From positions 1 through 44,458 of the forward strand of contig JBBTED010000022.1 of the NCBI GenBank assembly GCA_038042445.1: a stretch of DNA of 44,458 bases. The letters run 5' to 3'. The notes beneath the pieces are model-generated. The model had not been told where the DNA came from. It worked only from the letters and a program-made list of their open reading frames with translations, and ran no database searches. This DNA is from Candidatus Firestoneibacteriota bacterium (GTDB lineage Bacteria; Oederibacteriota; D2-FULL-39-29; JBBTED01). Position 1 is the first letter of the stretch; every line of letters begins with the position of its first letter. Positions 28,642 to 37,984 of the stretch are shown one piece after another. The translations under genes and the position numbers were made by a program.

Positions 28642-29691
28642 ATGATTAAACGTCGCAGGACAAAAAAAATCTGTGTAGGCAATATTGCAATTGGCGGAAA
28701 TGCTCCTGTATCTGTTCAATCAATGGCAAAAGTTGATACTCGTAATGTCCAAGCTGTTGTTGAACAAATCAAGGTTTTAGAGGATGCAGGTTGTGAAATT
28801 ATTCGTGTTGCAGTGCCTGATATGGAAGCTGCAAATGCAATAGCAAGTATAAAAAAGCAAATTAAAATTCCTCTTGTTGCGGACATTCACTTTAATTATA
28901 AATTGGCAATAACTGCGGCAAAAAATGGCGCAGATAAATTACGGATTAATCCCGGGAATATTGGTGATATTTCAAAAGTCCAAGCTGTTGTTGATGTGGC
29001 AAAAGAAAGAAATATACCTATAAGAATTGGAGCTAATTCCGGCTCGTTGCCTAAAGAACTTGTCTGTATAAAGAATATTCCGGAAGCTATGGTAAAAGCT
29101 GCACTCAAACATATTCAAATACTTGAAGATATGAATTTCACAAATATTGTGATTTCACTAAAAGCATCAGATGTTTTAACTACACTAAAAGCATATAAAC
29201 TAATGGCAAAAAAAGTAAATTATCCATTTCATTTAGGTATAACTGAAGCAGGAACACTTTTGTCTGGCACAGTTAAGTCTGCGGTTGGGATAGCAACTCT
29301 TTTGCAGGATGGAATTGGAGATACTATAAGAGTATCTTTAGCTTCAAGTCCATTAGACGAAGTAAAAGTTGGGTATGAAATATTAAAGTCATTAAAACTT
29401 CGTAAAAAAGGTCCTGAACTAATAGTTTGTCCTACTTGCGGTAGATGTGAAATAAATATATTTTCTATAGCCAAGCAGGTAGAAGAAAAAATTCAAAACA
29501 TAAAAAAACCAATCAAAATAGCAATTATGGGTTGTATAGTAAACGGGCCCGGTGAAGCCAAAGATGCAGACATAGGAATAGCCGGTGGAAAAAAACTAGG
29601 TTTAATATTTAAACACGGAAAACCTTTCAAAAAAGTAGACGAAGAAAATCTCGTTACCACACTTTTATCTGAAATAAACAAAATGATTTAA
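28642..29691 (+). CDS. ispG: 4-hydroxy-3-methylbut-2-en-1-yl diphosphate synthase
   Basis: VQSM, LVADIHF, RINPGN, HLGITEAG, CPTCGRC, MGCIVNGPGE. Confidence 0.98.
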   Translation: MIKRRRTKKICVGNIAIGGNAPVSVQSMAKVDTRNVQAVVEQIKVLEDAGCEIIRVAVPDMEAANAIASIKKQIKIPLVADIHFNYKLAITAAKNGADKLRINPGNIGDISKVQAVVDVAKERNIPIRIGANSGSLPKELVCIKNIPEAMVKAALKHIQILEDMNFTNIVISLKASDVLTTLKAYKLMAKKVNYPFHLGITEAGTLLSGTVKSAVGIATLLQDGIGDTIRVSLASSPLDEVKVGYEILKSLKLRKKGPELIVCPTCGRCEINIFSIAKQVEEKIQNIKKPIKIAIMGCIVNGPGEAKDADIGIAGGKKLGLIFKHGKPFKKVDEENLVTTLLSEINKMI

Positions 29692-29730
29692 TTATAATTT
29701 GTTTCGGTTTTTCTGAAATTTTAGTGATTT

Positions 29731-29764
29731 CCCCTCTTTGAAAAAGAGGGGTTAGGGGAGATTT
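29731..29764. terminator. GC-rich hairpin between convergent ispG and toxin genes (terminator or repeat element)
   Basis: CCCCTCTTT-GAA-AAAGAGGGG followed by TTAGGGGAGATTT. Confidence 0.55.
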
Positions 29765-29766
29765 TA

Positions 29767-30045
29767 TTAATTTCTATAGGCATCTTTTCTGTATTCAATA
29801 TCAATGATTATTACAATTTCTTTTTCAATGTCTATTGTATAAAATAATCGTATTTTTCCTATTCTATACCTATAAACTTTTTCAAATTCACTTTTCAGTT
29901 TTTTAATATTATGCCCAAAAAAAGGATTATTTTTTAATTGAGGATATACATAGGTATAAATTTTATTGTAAAAGGTTTTATATTGATAGTGTTGAATTTT
30001 TTCTTTAAAATATTCAGTTTCCGCAATATTAAATTTATTTAACAA
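29767..30045 (-). CDS. RelE/ParE family type II toxin
   Basis: NPFFGHNIKKLK, YRYRIGKIRLFYTID, IDIEYRKDAY typical of RelE/StbE; overlaps the antitoxin stop. Confidence 0.85.
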   Translation of the reverse strand: MLNKFNIAETEYFKEKIQHYQYKTFYNKIYTYVYPQLKNNPFFGHNIKKLKSEFEKVYRYRIGKIRLFYTIDIEKEIVIIIDIEYRKDAYRN

Positions 30046-30268
30046 TGGTGTATCGTCCTTCTTTGGCGTCTTTTAAACCTTTTCTCAGGCTGGTTGTTAA
30101 GTGTTTAATCTCTTCCATTTCTTCATTTGAAACATAAATGTCATCTGTTAAATATGTTAATGTTGCATATTCAATATAATTAGATATGCTTCTTTTTTCT
30201 CCATCAGCAGCTTTTTTAAAAATATCATAAATACTATCTTCTAGTCGAATTGTAATAGTTTTTGGCAT
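30035..30268 (-). CDS. Ribbon-helix-helix (CopG-like) antitoxin
   Basis: MPKTITIRL...FKKAADGEKRSISNYIEYA; acidic C-terminal half; AGGAGG RBS before ATG 30268. Confidence 0.8.
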   Translation of the reverse strand: MPKTITIRLEDSIYDIFKKAADGEKRSISNYIEYATLTYLTDDIYVSNEEMEEIKHLTTSLRKGLKDAKEGRYTIVK

Positions 30269-30305
30269 ACACACTCCTCCTTTTTTATCATAGTTTATGT
30301 ATTCA

Positions 30306-30334
30306 ATCTTATTCAAAAACATTCATTTTGTCAA
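30306..30334 (-). promoter_or_regulatory. Sigma70 promoter of the TA operon
   Basis: TTGACA-17 bp-TAAGAT on the minus strand. Confidence 0.65.
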
Positions 30335-30392
30335 TCAAAATGTAAGTGGATAGCGGAAGATTCTCTGCACTAAAAATAATTGTTTTTTTAGG

Positions 30393-30474
30393 TTGACAAA
30401 TAGACAGGATTTTTGTAAATATATAAAGTGGAGTAAAGTGGAGTGAAGTAGTATATAGTAGTGTAAAGGGGTGC
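30393..30474 (+). promoter_or_regulatory. dcw promoter with MraZ-binding direct repeats
   Basis: TTGACA at 30393; 10-bp-period repeats AAAGTGGAGT AAAGTGGAGT GAAGTAGTAT ATAGTAGTGT AAAGGGGTGC (30425-30474). Confidence 0.75.
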
Positions 30475-30481
30475 AAAAGTA

Positions 30482-30928
30482 ATGTTTATTGGAGAATATC
30501 AGCATAGTATTGATAAAAAAGGGAGATTGATTTTACCTGCAAAAATTCGCGAGGTAATAACTGAAAAATATGTTGAAAGTTTTATTATAACTCGTGGATT
30601 AGATAAATGTTTATATGTTTATCCTATAGATGAATGGAAGTCTACAGTAGAACCTAAAATAAAAGCTTTATCTGAGGCAGAACCAAATGCCAGATATTAT
30701 AAACGTATGCTTTATGCGAATGCTGCAGAAGTGCCTATAGATAAACAAGGCAGGATAATGATTCCACATCATTTAAGAGAAAGAAATAATATAGGCAGAG
30801 ATGTTGTTATTATTGGTGATTCAAATAGAATTGAAATTTGGGGTAAAGATAATTGGGAAGCATATTTAAAAGGTCAGGAAGGTCAAGGTAAATCATTCGA
30901 GGATATTGTAAAAGACTTGCAGATTTAA
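30482..30928 (+). CDS. mraZ: Division/cell wall cluster transcriptional repressor MraZ
   Basis: MFIGEYQHSIDKKGRLILP, DKQGRIMIP, RIEIW. Confidence 0.97.
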   Translation: MFIGEYQHSIDKKGRLILPAKIREVITEKYVESFIITRGLDKCLYVYPIDEWKSTVEPKIKALSEAEPNARYYKRMLYANAAEVPIDKQGRIMIPHHLRERNNIGRDVVIIGDSNRIEIWGKDNWEAYLKGQEGQGKSFEDIVKDLQI

Positions 30929-30940
30929 TTGGAGGCTTGT

Positions 30941-31054
30941 ATGGAAAATCAACAAAAAGATGATAAAAAAATTATGGCTACACGTAAAAAAACCGGTGCT
31001 GTTGGTGATAAAGAAGAAGATTATGAAGTAATACCATTAGATAATGGAAAATGA
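30941..31054 (+). CDS. Putative 37-aa small protein
   Basis: GGAGG 5 nt upstream; MENQQKDDKKIMATRKKTGAVGDKEEDYEVIPLDNGK*; fills the mraZ-rsmH gap and overlaps the rsmH start. Confidence 0.5.
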   Translation: MENQQKDDKKIMATRKKTGAVGDKEEDYEVIPLDNGK

Positions 31055-31934
31055 TAATTATCATACGCCTGTTTTGTTAAATGAAGTTATTAATTTGTTT
31101 TCTTTAAATGAAGCTGGAGTTTATGTAGATGCAACTGTTGGAACAGGTGGGCATTCAGAAAAAATTTTAGAAAAATTGTCCAGTGGAATGCTTATAGGTA
31201 TAGATCAGGATGAAGACGCAATAGATATTGCAAAGAAAAGACTTTCAAAATTTAACGACAAAGTTATTTTAATAAAAGATAACTTTTCAAATCTAAAAGA
31301 AGTATTGAATAAGCTAAATGTCCATAAAATAGATGGAATTTTATTTGATTTGGGAGTTTCTTCACTTCAATTAGGAAGTGAAAGTCGTGGATTTAGTTTT
31401 AGTATGAATGGTCCATTAGATATGCGTATGGATAAATCAGCGAAAGTTAAAGCGTATGATATAGTTAATTTTTTTGATGAAACTGAGCTTGCAGATATTA
31501 TTTATAAATATGGCGAGGAAAGATTTTCAAGGAGAATAGCAAAATCAATTGTTTGTGCACGGACAAGAGAAACAATTTCAACTACAAAAGAATTAGAAAA
31601 AATAATAATATCTGCTATTCCTTATTCTTGTAGAAATTGGAAACGAAATCCGGCTACAAAGACATTTCAGGCATTAAGAATTGCGGTAAATAATGAATTG
31701 AATATTATAGAAAATAGCATTAATGATGCTATAGCTTTTCTTAAAGTTGCAGGCAGGATATGTGTTATATCATTTCATTCTCTTGAAGATAGATGTGTAA
31801 AAAATATATTTAAAAATCATCAGGAGATTAAAATTATAACTAAGAAACCAATTGTATCATCTTTTGAAGAGAGAAAAATGAATCCGCGTTCACGTAGTGC
31901 AAAGCTTAGATGTGGAGAAAAGAAAAATGAATAG
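31044..31934 (+). CDS. rsmH: 16S rRNA C1402 N4-methyltransferase
   Basis: HTPVLL, DATVGTGGHS, DLGVSS, LDMRMD, FHSLEDR, NPRSRSAKLR. Confidence 0.97.
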   Translation: MENDNYHTPVLLNEVINLFSLNEAGVYVDATVGTGGHSEKILEKLSSGMLIGIDQDEDAIDIAKKRLSKFNDKVILIKDNFSNLKEVLNKLNVHKIDGILFDLGVSSLQLGSESRGFSFSMNGPLDMRMDKSAKVKAYDIVNFFDETELADIIYKYGEERFSRRIAKSIVCARTRETISTTKELEKIIISAIPYSCRNWKRNPATKTFQALRIAVNNELNIIENSINDAIAFLKVAGRICVISFHSLEDRCVKNIFKNHQEIKIITKKPIVSSFEERKMNPRSRSAKLRCGEKKNE

Positions 31935-32196
31935 AAGTTTGATAGCATGGACTATTTTGATTTCTGTATTTATTTTATTTTATGTATGGCAGAGAGTAGA
32001 GATTGTAAAAATGGGATATCAAATAGATAAGTTGCAGGAAGAATCTACAGCTTTGATTAATAAAAACAAGTCTTTTCAACTGGAAATAGTACGGTTGAAA
32101 TCATTTGACAGAGTTGAAACATTAGTAAAAGAAATGGGGCTTATGCCACCTAAAAAATTTGAAAGCATAGAATTTGAAAATCCAGAAATCAACTAA
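31927..32196 (+). CDS. ftsL: Cell division protein FtsL
   Basis: Single TM helix plus coiled coil, RVETLVKEMGL; between rsmH and ftsI; ATG 31927 overlaps the rsmH end. Confidence 0.8.
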   Translation: MNRSLIAWTILISVFILFYVWQRVEIVKMGYQIDKLQEESTALINKNKSFQLEIVRLKSFDRVETLVKEMGLMPPKKFESIEFENPEIN

Positions 32197-33894
32197 ATGA
32201 AAAACAATAATTTTGACAAACGGATAAAAATATTTTTCGCAATTGGTGTTTTATGTTTTTTATGTTTAGAAATACGGCTTATATACATTCAAATATTTGA
32301 ACATAAAAAACTTAATAGTATGGCGAACAGACAACATTTAGAAACTACAGAATTATTGGCGAATCGCGGGACAATATACGATAAACGTGGAAATAAACTT
32401 GCTTTTAGTATTAATTTGCTGAATGTTTACGCTATTCCAAAAATCATAAAAAATTCTAATGAAGTAATTGAAAAGCTATCATCCACATTAAATATTGATA
32501 AAGGTGAACTTTATGCCAAATTTAAAAACGCAAAATTATTTTTAGTTAAAGAAGGCATAAATGAGAAAGAATTGAAGGCAATACGAAAAGCTAAGTTTAA
32601 CGGTATTGATATAGCAGAAGAAAGTAAAAGATTCTATCCTTTAAATACTTTGGCTTGTCATATACTTGGGTTTGTTGGAAAAGATAATAAGGGATTAGAA
32701 GGATTAGAATTGAACTGTGATAATATTCTTAGAGGTGAAAAAGGTTTCGCTATTATAGAAAGAGATGGTTTAAAGCGTGAGGTATTTTTAGATGTCCAAA
32801 AAGGAAATGCTGCTCAAAGTGGGCATGATATTCATTTAACAATTGACAATGTAATTCAGCATATTGCAGAACGTGAATTACAAAAGTGTGCTTCAACATA
32901 TAATGCAAAAGCTGGAATGATTCTTGTTATGAATCCTAAAACTGGTGAAATATTGGCGTTGGCAAATTATCCTAATTATAATCCAAATGAGTTTGGCTCT
33001 TTTTCAAGCGAACATTTTAGAAATCGTATGGTTGTGGATGTTTTTGAACCGGGTTCCACTTTTAAAATAGTTACTGCTGGTGCAGCACTTGAGGAGAATT
33101 TGATAACTGAGGATTCTAAAATTAACTGTGAAAATGGGACTTTTAAAATATATGACCGTGAAATTCATGACCATGAAAAATATGGATGGCTTACTTTTAG
33201 GGAAGTTATGACATATTCAAGTAATATTGGGTTTGTTAAAGTTGGAATGATGTTAGGGAGCAAGAAAATATTTGAATATGCCAGGAACTTTAATTTTGGA
33301 AATTTAACATTTATAGATTTGCCTGGGGAAAGCAAAGGGGTTTTGCGTAAATCAAAAGAGTGGACGAAAGCATCTATTGCAGCAATTCCATTTGGACAGG
33401 AAGTATCTATAACTCCAATTCAGCTTGCTTGTGCTTATGCTTCAATTGCAAATAATGGTGTGATGATGGAGCCGCATGTTATAAAAAAAATAACTGATTC
33501 TCAGGGTAAAACTATTTCCGAGCCATTACCAAAGAAAGTACGGACAGTTGTATCAGAAAAAACTGCAAAACGTTTACAGAAACTTTTAGAAGAAGTAGTT
33601 AAAAATGGCACAGGAAAAGCAGGTGCAATAAATAAAATATCAGTAGCCGGTAAAACCGGAACTGCACAGAAAATTGATATTACTACAAGAAAGTATTCTG
33701 AATACAGATATGTATCTTCATTTATAGGTTTTTTTCCTGTTGAAGATCCACAAGTATTAATTTCAGTTATAATTGACGAGCCAAAAGGTGGATATTGGGG
33801 TGGTTATATTGCTGCTCCTGTGTTTTCTAAAACTGGAGAAGAAGTGGCAAGATATTTAGACATAATACATTCAGAGACTGGGAAAAATATTTAG
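32197..33894 (+). CDS. ftsI: Class B penicillin-binding protein (PBP3/FtsI)
   Basis: RGTIYD, RFYP, EPGSTFK (SxxK), SSN, KTGTAQK. Confidence 0.93.
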   Translation: MKNNNFDKRIKIFFAIGVLCFLCLEIRLIYIQIFEHKKLNSMANRQHLETTELLANRGTIYDKRGNKLAFSINLLNVYAIPKIIKNSNEVIEKLSSTLNIDKGELYAKFKNAKLFLVKEGINEKELKAIRKAKFNGIDIAEESKRFYPLNTLACHILGFVGKDNKGLEGLELNCDNILRGEKGFAIIERDGLKREVFLDVQKGNAAQSGHDIHLTIDNVIQHIAERELQKCASTYNAKAGMILVMNPKTGEILALANYPNYNPNEFGSFSSEHFRNRMVVDVFEPGSTFKIVTAGAALEENLITEDSKINCENGTFKIYDREIHDHEKYGWLTFREVMTYSSNIGFVKVGMMLGSKKIFEYARNFNFGNLTFIDLPGESKGVLRKSKEWTKASIAAIPFGQEVSITPIQLACAYASIANNGVMMEPHVIKKITDSQGKTISEPLPKKVRTVVSEKTAKRLQKLLEEVVKNGTGKAGAINKISVAGKTGTAQKIDITTRKYSEYRYVSSFIGFFPVEDPQVLISVIIDEPKGGYWGGYIAAPVFSKTGEEVARYLDIIHSETGKNI

Positions 33895-33907
33895 TGGGTA
33901 AATAATT

Positions 33908-35401
33908 ATGAGACTTGAAAAATTATTAAAGACTATTTCTGTTGAGAGTATTACAGGAAATGCAAATATTGATATCTTTGGTATATCTTGTGATTCTCGA
34001 AAGGTTGGCAAAAACTATCTTTTTGTTTGTATTGATGGATTTAAAACAGATGGACACTTGTATATAAAAGATGCTGTTAATAGAGGGGCGATTGCGTTGG
34101 TTGTTGGGAAAAACCGCAGGCTAAAGCCTGCGACTACAAATAAAAATATTACTATTGTAAAAGTTCAGGATATGCGATTAGCTTTGGGAAAAATATCAGC
34201 AGAGTTTTATGGTAATCCATCAAAAAAGATTAAAGTAATTGGAATAACCGGAACTAATGGAAAAACTACAAGTGCATTTCTTATTGAATCAATTTTGAAA
34301 AAAGCAAGGTTAAATCCTGGTGTAATTGGAACAATAGTTTATAAAATAGGCAAAAATGAAATAGCAGCTACTAATACCACTCCGGAATCCTTGGAAATTC
34401 AAAAAATATTTTCTGAAATGTTGCGTAATAATTGTGATTGTGCAGTAATGGAAATTTCAAGTCATGCACTTGAATTAAACAGAGTAGCTTCAACAGAGTT
34501 TGATGTGGCAATATTTACAAATTTAACACAGGACCATCTTGATTTTCATAAATCAATGAATGAATACTTGAACGCAAAAACAAAACTATTTAAATTGTTG
34601 AATTTATCCAGCAAAAAAAGCAAAGTTGCAATATTAAATTTAGATGATTCACATTCAAAATACATACAAAAGTTTGTAAAGACTAAAATTTTAACTTATG
34701 GCATAAATCCAAAAGCAGATATATTTGCGGATAACATTAAATTGGACATTTGTGGGACTTCTTTTAATGCTGGGACACCTGCCGGGGAAATTTTAATAAA
34801 TTTGAAATTAAAAGGATTACATAATATATATAATGCACTTTGTGCTATTTCAGTCGGTATTTTCTATGAAATTCCGCTTTCTATAATAAAACAGGGTATT
34901 GAATCTGTTCATTCTGTTTCAGGCAGGTTTGAAATGATTAATGTAGGTAATAATATAAATGCAGTTGTAGATTATGCACATACACCAGATGCTTTAGAGA
35001 AAACATTGAAAGCAATATCTCAATTTAAACCAAAAAGAATAATAACACTATTTGGATGTGGTGGTGAAAGAGATAAATTAAAACGGCCTATTATGGGGAA
35101 AATTGCATCTGTTTTGAGTGATTTTGTTGTTTTGACTTCAGATAATCCACGTTCTGAGGACCCCAAAAAAATTATTTTGGAAGTAGCAAGAGGAATAAAA
35201 AAAATAAAAAAGAAAAATTATACAATAGTTGTTGATAGAGAAAAAGCAATAAGGAAAATTTTAAATTATGCAAAATCCGGGGATGTTATTTTGTTTGCCG
35301 GAAAAGGACACGAAAATTATCAGATATTAAAAGATAAAACCATACCATTTAGTGATAAAGAGATAATTAAAAAATGGAAAAAATCACAATTGATGAAATA
35401 A
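33908..35401 (+). CDS. murE: UDP-MurNAc-dipeptide:meso-DAP ligase
   Basis: GITGTNGKTT, MEISSH, DHLDFH, DYAHTPD, DNPR (mDAP specificity), GKGHE. Confidence 0.97.
   Translation: MRLEKLLKTISVESITGNANIDIFGISCDSRKVGKNYLFVCIDGFKTDGHLYIKDAVNRGAIALVVGKNRRLKPATTNKNITIVKVQDMRLALGKISAEFYGNPSKKIKVIGITGTNGKTTSAFLIESILKKARLNPGVIGTIVYKIGKNEIAATNTTPESLEIQKIFSEMLRNNCDCAVMEISSHALELNRVASTEFDVAIFTNLTQDHLDFHKSMNEYLNAKTKLFKLLNLSSKKSKVAILNLDDSHSKYIQKFVKTKILTYGINPKADIFADNIKLDICGTSFNAGTPAGEILINLKLKGLHNIYNALCAISVGIFYEIPLSIIKQGIESVHSVSGRFEMINVGNNINAVVDYAHTPDALEKTLKAISQFKPKRIITLFGCGGERDKLKRPIMGKIASVLSDFVVLTSDNPRSEDPKKIILEVARGIKKIKKKNYTIVVDREKAIRKILNYAKSGDVILFAGKGHENYQILKDKTIPFSDKEIIKKWKKSQLMK
34115..34138 (-). repeat. 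GTAG REP family B copy embedded in frame in murE
   Basis: Reverse complement TGTAGTCGCAGGCTTTAGCCTGCG is near-identical to the intergenic copies at 38000-38023 and 38048-38071; read as NRRLKPATT. Confidence 0.85.
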
Positions 35402-36897
35402 TTGAAGCCTGTGATGGAAAGCTTTTGCAGGGCGATTTAAATACTCAGATAGATAAAATATCTACTGATACCCGAACTCTTGAAAAAGGAGCATTATTTA
35501 TTGCATTAAAAGGTAAAAATTTTGATGGGCATAATTTTTTAGAAGAATGTTTAAATAAAGGAGCTGTTGGAGCAATCATTTCCGATGAAATTTCTGATAG
35601 ATTGAATACACGTTTTGAACTTTTAATTCCAAATGCTAAATTCCAACATCCAATGGAAATAGTAGATACTACAGGAAGAAATCTAATTCTTATAAAAGTT
35701 TCTGATACATTAATTGCATTGCAGGATATTGCCAGATATTACAGAAATAAATTTTCCAATTTAAAAGTTATTGGCATAACAGGAAGTAATGGAAAAACTA
35801 CAACTAAAGAAATTACAGCAGAAGTTTTATCAGTAAAATTTAAGACATTTAAAAGCGCAGGAAATTTAAATAATGAAATTGGGTTACCTTTAAATTTACT
35901 TGAACTTTCAAATGAGTATAAAGCAGGAGTTTTTGAACTTGGGGCAAATGATTTTGGCGAAATAAAATTGCTTGCTGATATATTAACTCCACAAATTGCT
36001 GTTATAACAAATATTGGCAATACTCATCTTGAGCTTTTAAAAGATATAAATGGAGTTGGAAAATTAAAATGGGAGTTAATTGATTCTCTTGGTGAAGGTA
36101 GTTTCGCAATTTTGAATTTTGATGATCTAGTTTTGCAGGAAAAATTAAGACAATGCGAAAAAGGTGAATTGGAATGTAAGTGCAAGTTTTTGACTTATGG
36201 TTTGGTGGAAGAAAACAAACCATTGCCGAAAAATTGTGGGTTTTCAGAAAAAGCTGATGTTTGGGCTACTGATATTAAGCTTTTTGGTTTAGAGGGTTCA
36301 GAATTCGTATTGCATTATAGGGAGTTTTCAAAAAAAATAAAATTAAATATTGCTGGAAATTATAATATATATAATTCTTTGGCTGCAGCAGCAGTTGGTT
36401 TTGCATTAGATTTATCTATTGATGAAGTTGCAAAGGGTCTCGAGAATTTTAAAAATACATTGCCTAATCGTATGCAGATTATTAATGTCCATGGAATAAG
36501 AATTATAAATGATACTTATAATGCAAATCTGCAATCCATGATAGAAGCCGTTAAATTTTTAAACAAGCTTAACAATTGTAAAAGAAAAATTTTAATTTTA
36601 GGCGATATGTTGGAGCTTGGTGAAAAAAGCAAAGATTTACATGAGAATTTGGGCGAACATATTGCAAAATCTTCATTGGATTTACTATATACTGTAGGAA
36701 AAGATAGTGAATACATAGGTTTTGGTGCAAAGGAAAATGGTTTTTCAGAAGAAAACATTTTTCATTTCAGCCAAAAAAAAGATTTGATTGAGAAAATAAA
36801 AGATGAATTTAGGGAAGAAGACACTATTTTTATAAAAGGTTCCAGAGGTATGGGTATGGAAGAAATTGTTGGGTTTTTAAAGGATAAAGGAGAGTAA
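35374..36897 (+). CDS. murF: UDP-MurNAc-tripeptide:D-Ala-D-Ala ligase
   Basis: STDTR, FDGH, GITGSNGKTTTKE, NNEIGLP, DTYNAN, GDMLELG, KGSRG. Confidence 0.97.
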   Translation: MEKITIDEIIEACDGKLLQGDLNTQIDKISTDTRTLEKGALFIALKGKNFDGHNFLEECLNKGAVGAIISDEISDRLNTRFELLIPNAKFQHPMEIVDTTGRNLILIKVSDTLIALQDIARYYRNKFSNLKVIGITGSNGKTTTKEITAEVLSVKFKTFKSAGNLNNEIGLPLNLLELSNEYKAGVFELGANDFGEIKLLADILTPQIAVITNIGNTHLELLKDINGVGKLKWELIDSLGEGSFAILNFDDLVLQEKLRQCEKGELECKCKFLTYGLVEENKPLPKNCGFSEKADVWATDIKLFGLEGSEFVLHYREFSKKIKLNIAGNYNIYNSLAAAAVGFALDLSIDEVAKGLENFKNTLPNRMQIINVHGIRIINDTYNANLQSMIEAVKFLNKLNNCKRKILILGDMLELGEKSKDLHENLGEHIAKSSLDLLYTVGKDSEYIGFGAKENGFSEENIFHFSQKKDLIEKIKDEFREEDTIFIKGSRGMGMEEIVGFLKDKGE

Positions 36898-37979
36898 TGC
36901 TTTATTATTTATTATATCCTCTTAGAGATGTATGGCATGTATTTAATGTATTTAAATATAGTACATTTAGATCTATATATGCTGCTTTAACGGCAATTCT
37001 AATATGCTTTATTATAGGTCCTTATGTGATAAAAAAATTAAAAACATTGCATTTTGGGCAAAGTATAAGGACTGATGGTCCGAAATCGCATCATGTTAAA
37101 AGTGGTACTCCTACAATGGGTGGTATAATTATTATATTTGCAATAGTTATTTCTACATTGTTGTGGGCAAAATTGGATAACAGACTTGTTTTACTTGCTT
37201 TAACATCTCTTGTGTGGTTTGGAAGTGTAGGAGCGATAGATGATTTACTTAAAATAACAAAAAAAAATGCACTTGGTCTTAGTATGAGAACAAAAGTTAT
37301 TGGCCAATTAATCGGTGCATTTGGAATAGGAATGTATTTATATGTAAATCCACAAGTTGTAGAATTTGCTACTCATATAAAAATTCCACTTGTTAAATAT
37401 CCAGTAAATTTTGCATATCTATATGTTCCATTTATAATGCTTGTAATAATAGGTGCTTCAAATGCTGTTAATTTGACTGATGGATTAGATGGTCTTGCAA
37501 TAGGTACATTTATATTTACAGCAATGTCATTTGTAATAGTTACGTATATTGTTGGGCATAGCAAATTTAGCGAATATTTACGAATAATACATGTGAGCGA
37601 AGCAAGTGAATTGGTTGTATTTTGTGCAAGTATGGTTGGCGCTTCTCTTGGATTTTTATGGTTTAATGCATATCCTGCACAGGTTTTTATGGGAGATACA
37701 GGTGCTTTGGCACTTGGTGGAGCTTTAGGAACTGTAGCTGTATTGATTAAACAGGAATTACTTCTAATACTTATTGGAGGAATATTTGTTATTGAGGCTT
37801 TATCTGTTATTTTGCAGATTCTATCATTTAAGTTATATGGAAAGAGAATTTTTTTAATGGCTCCTTTGCATCATCATTTTGAATTGTCTGGTTGGGCAGA
37901 GCCAAAAATAGTGGTACGCTTTTGGATAATTACAATAATATGTACGCTGTTAAGTTTAAGCTTGCTTAAATTACGGTAA
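36897..37979 (+). CDS. mraY: Phospho-MurNAc-pentapeptide transferase
   Basis: GTPTMGG, NAVNLTDGLDGL, FMGDTG, MAPLHHHFEL. Confidence 0.98.
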   Translation: MLYYLLYPLRDVWHVFNVFKYSTFRSIYAALTAILICFIIGPYVIKKLKTLHFGQSIRTDGPKSHHVKSGTPTMGGIIIIFAIVISTLLWAKLDNRLVLLALTSLVWFGSVGAIDDLLKITKKNALGLSMRTKVIGQLIGAFGIGMYLYVNPQVVEFATHIKIPLVKYPVNFAYLYVPFIMLVIIGASNAVNLTDGLDGLAIGTFIFTAMSFVIVTYIVGHSKFSEYLRIIHVSEASELVVFCASMVGASLGFLWFNAYPAQVFMGDTGALALGGALGTVAVLIKQELLLILIGGIFVIEALSVILQILSFKLYGKRIFLMAPLHHHFELSGWAEPKIVVRFWIITIICTLLSLSLLKLR

Positions 37980-37984
37980 GCGAG

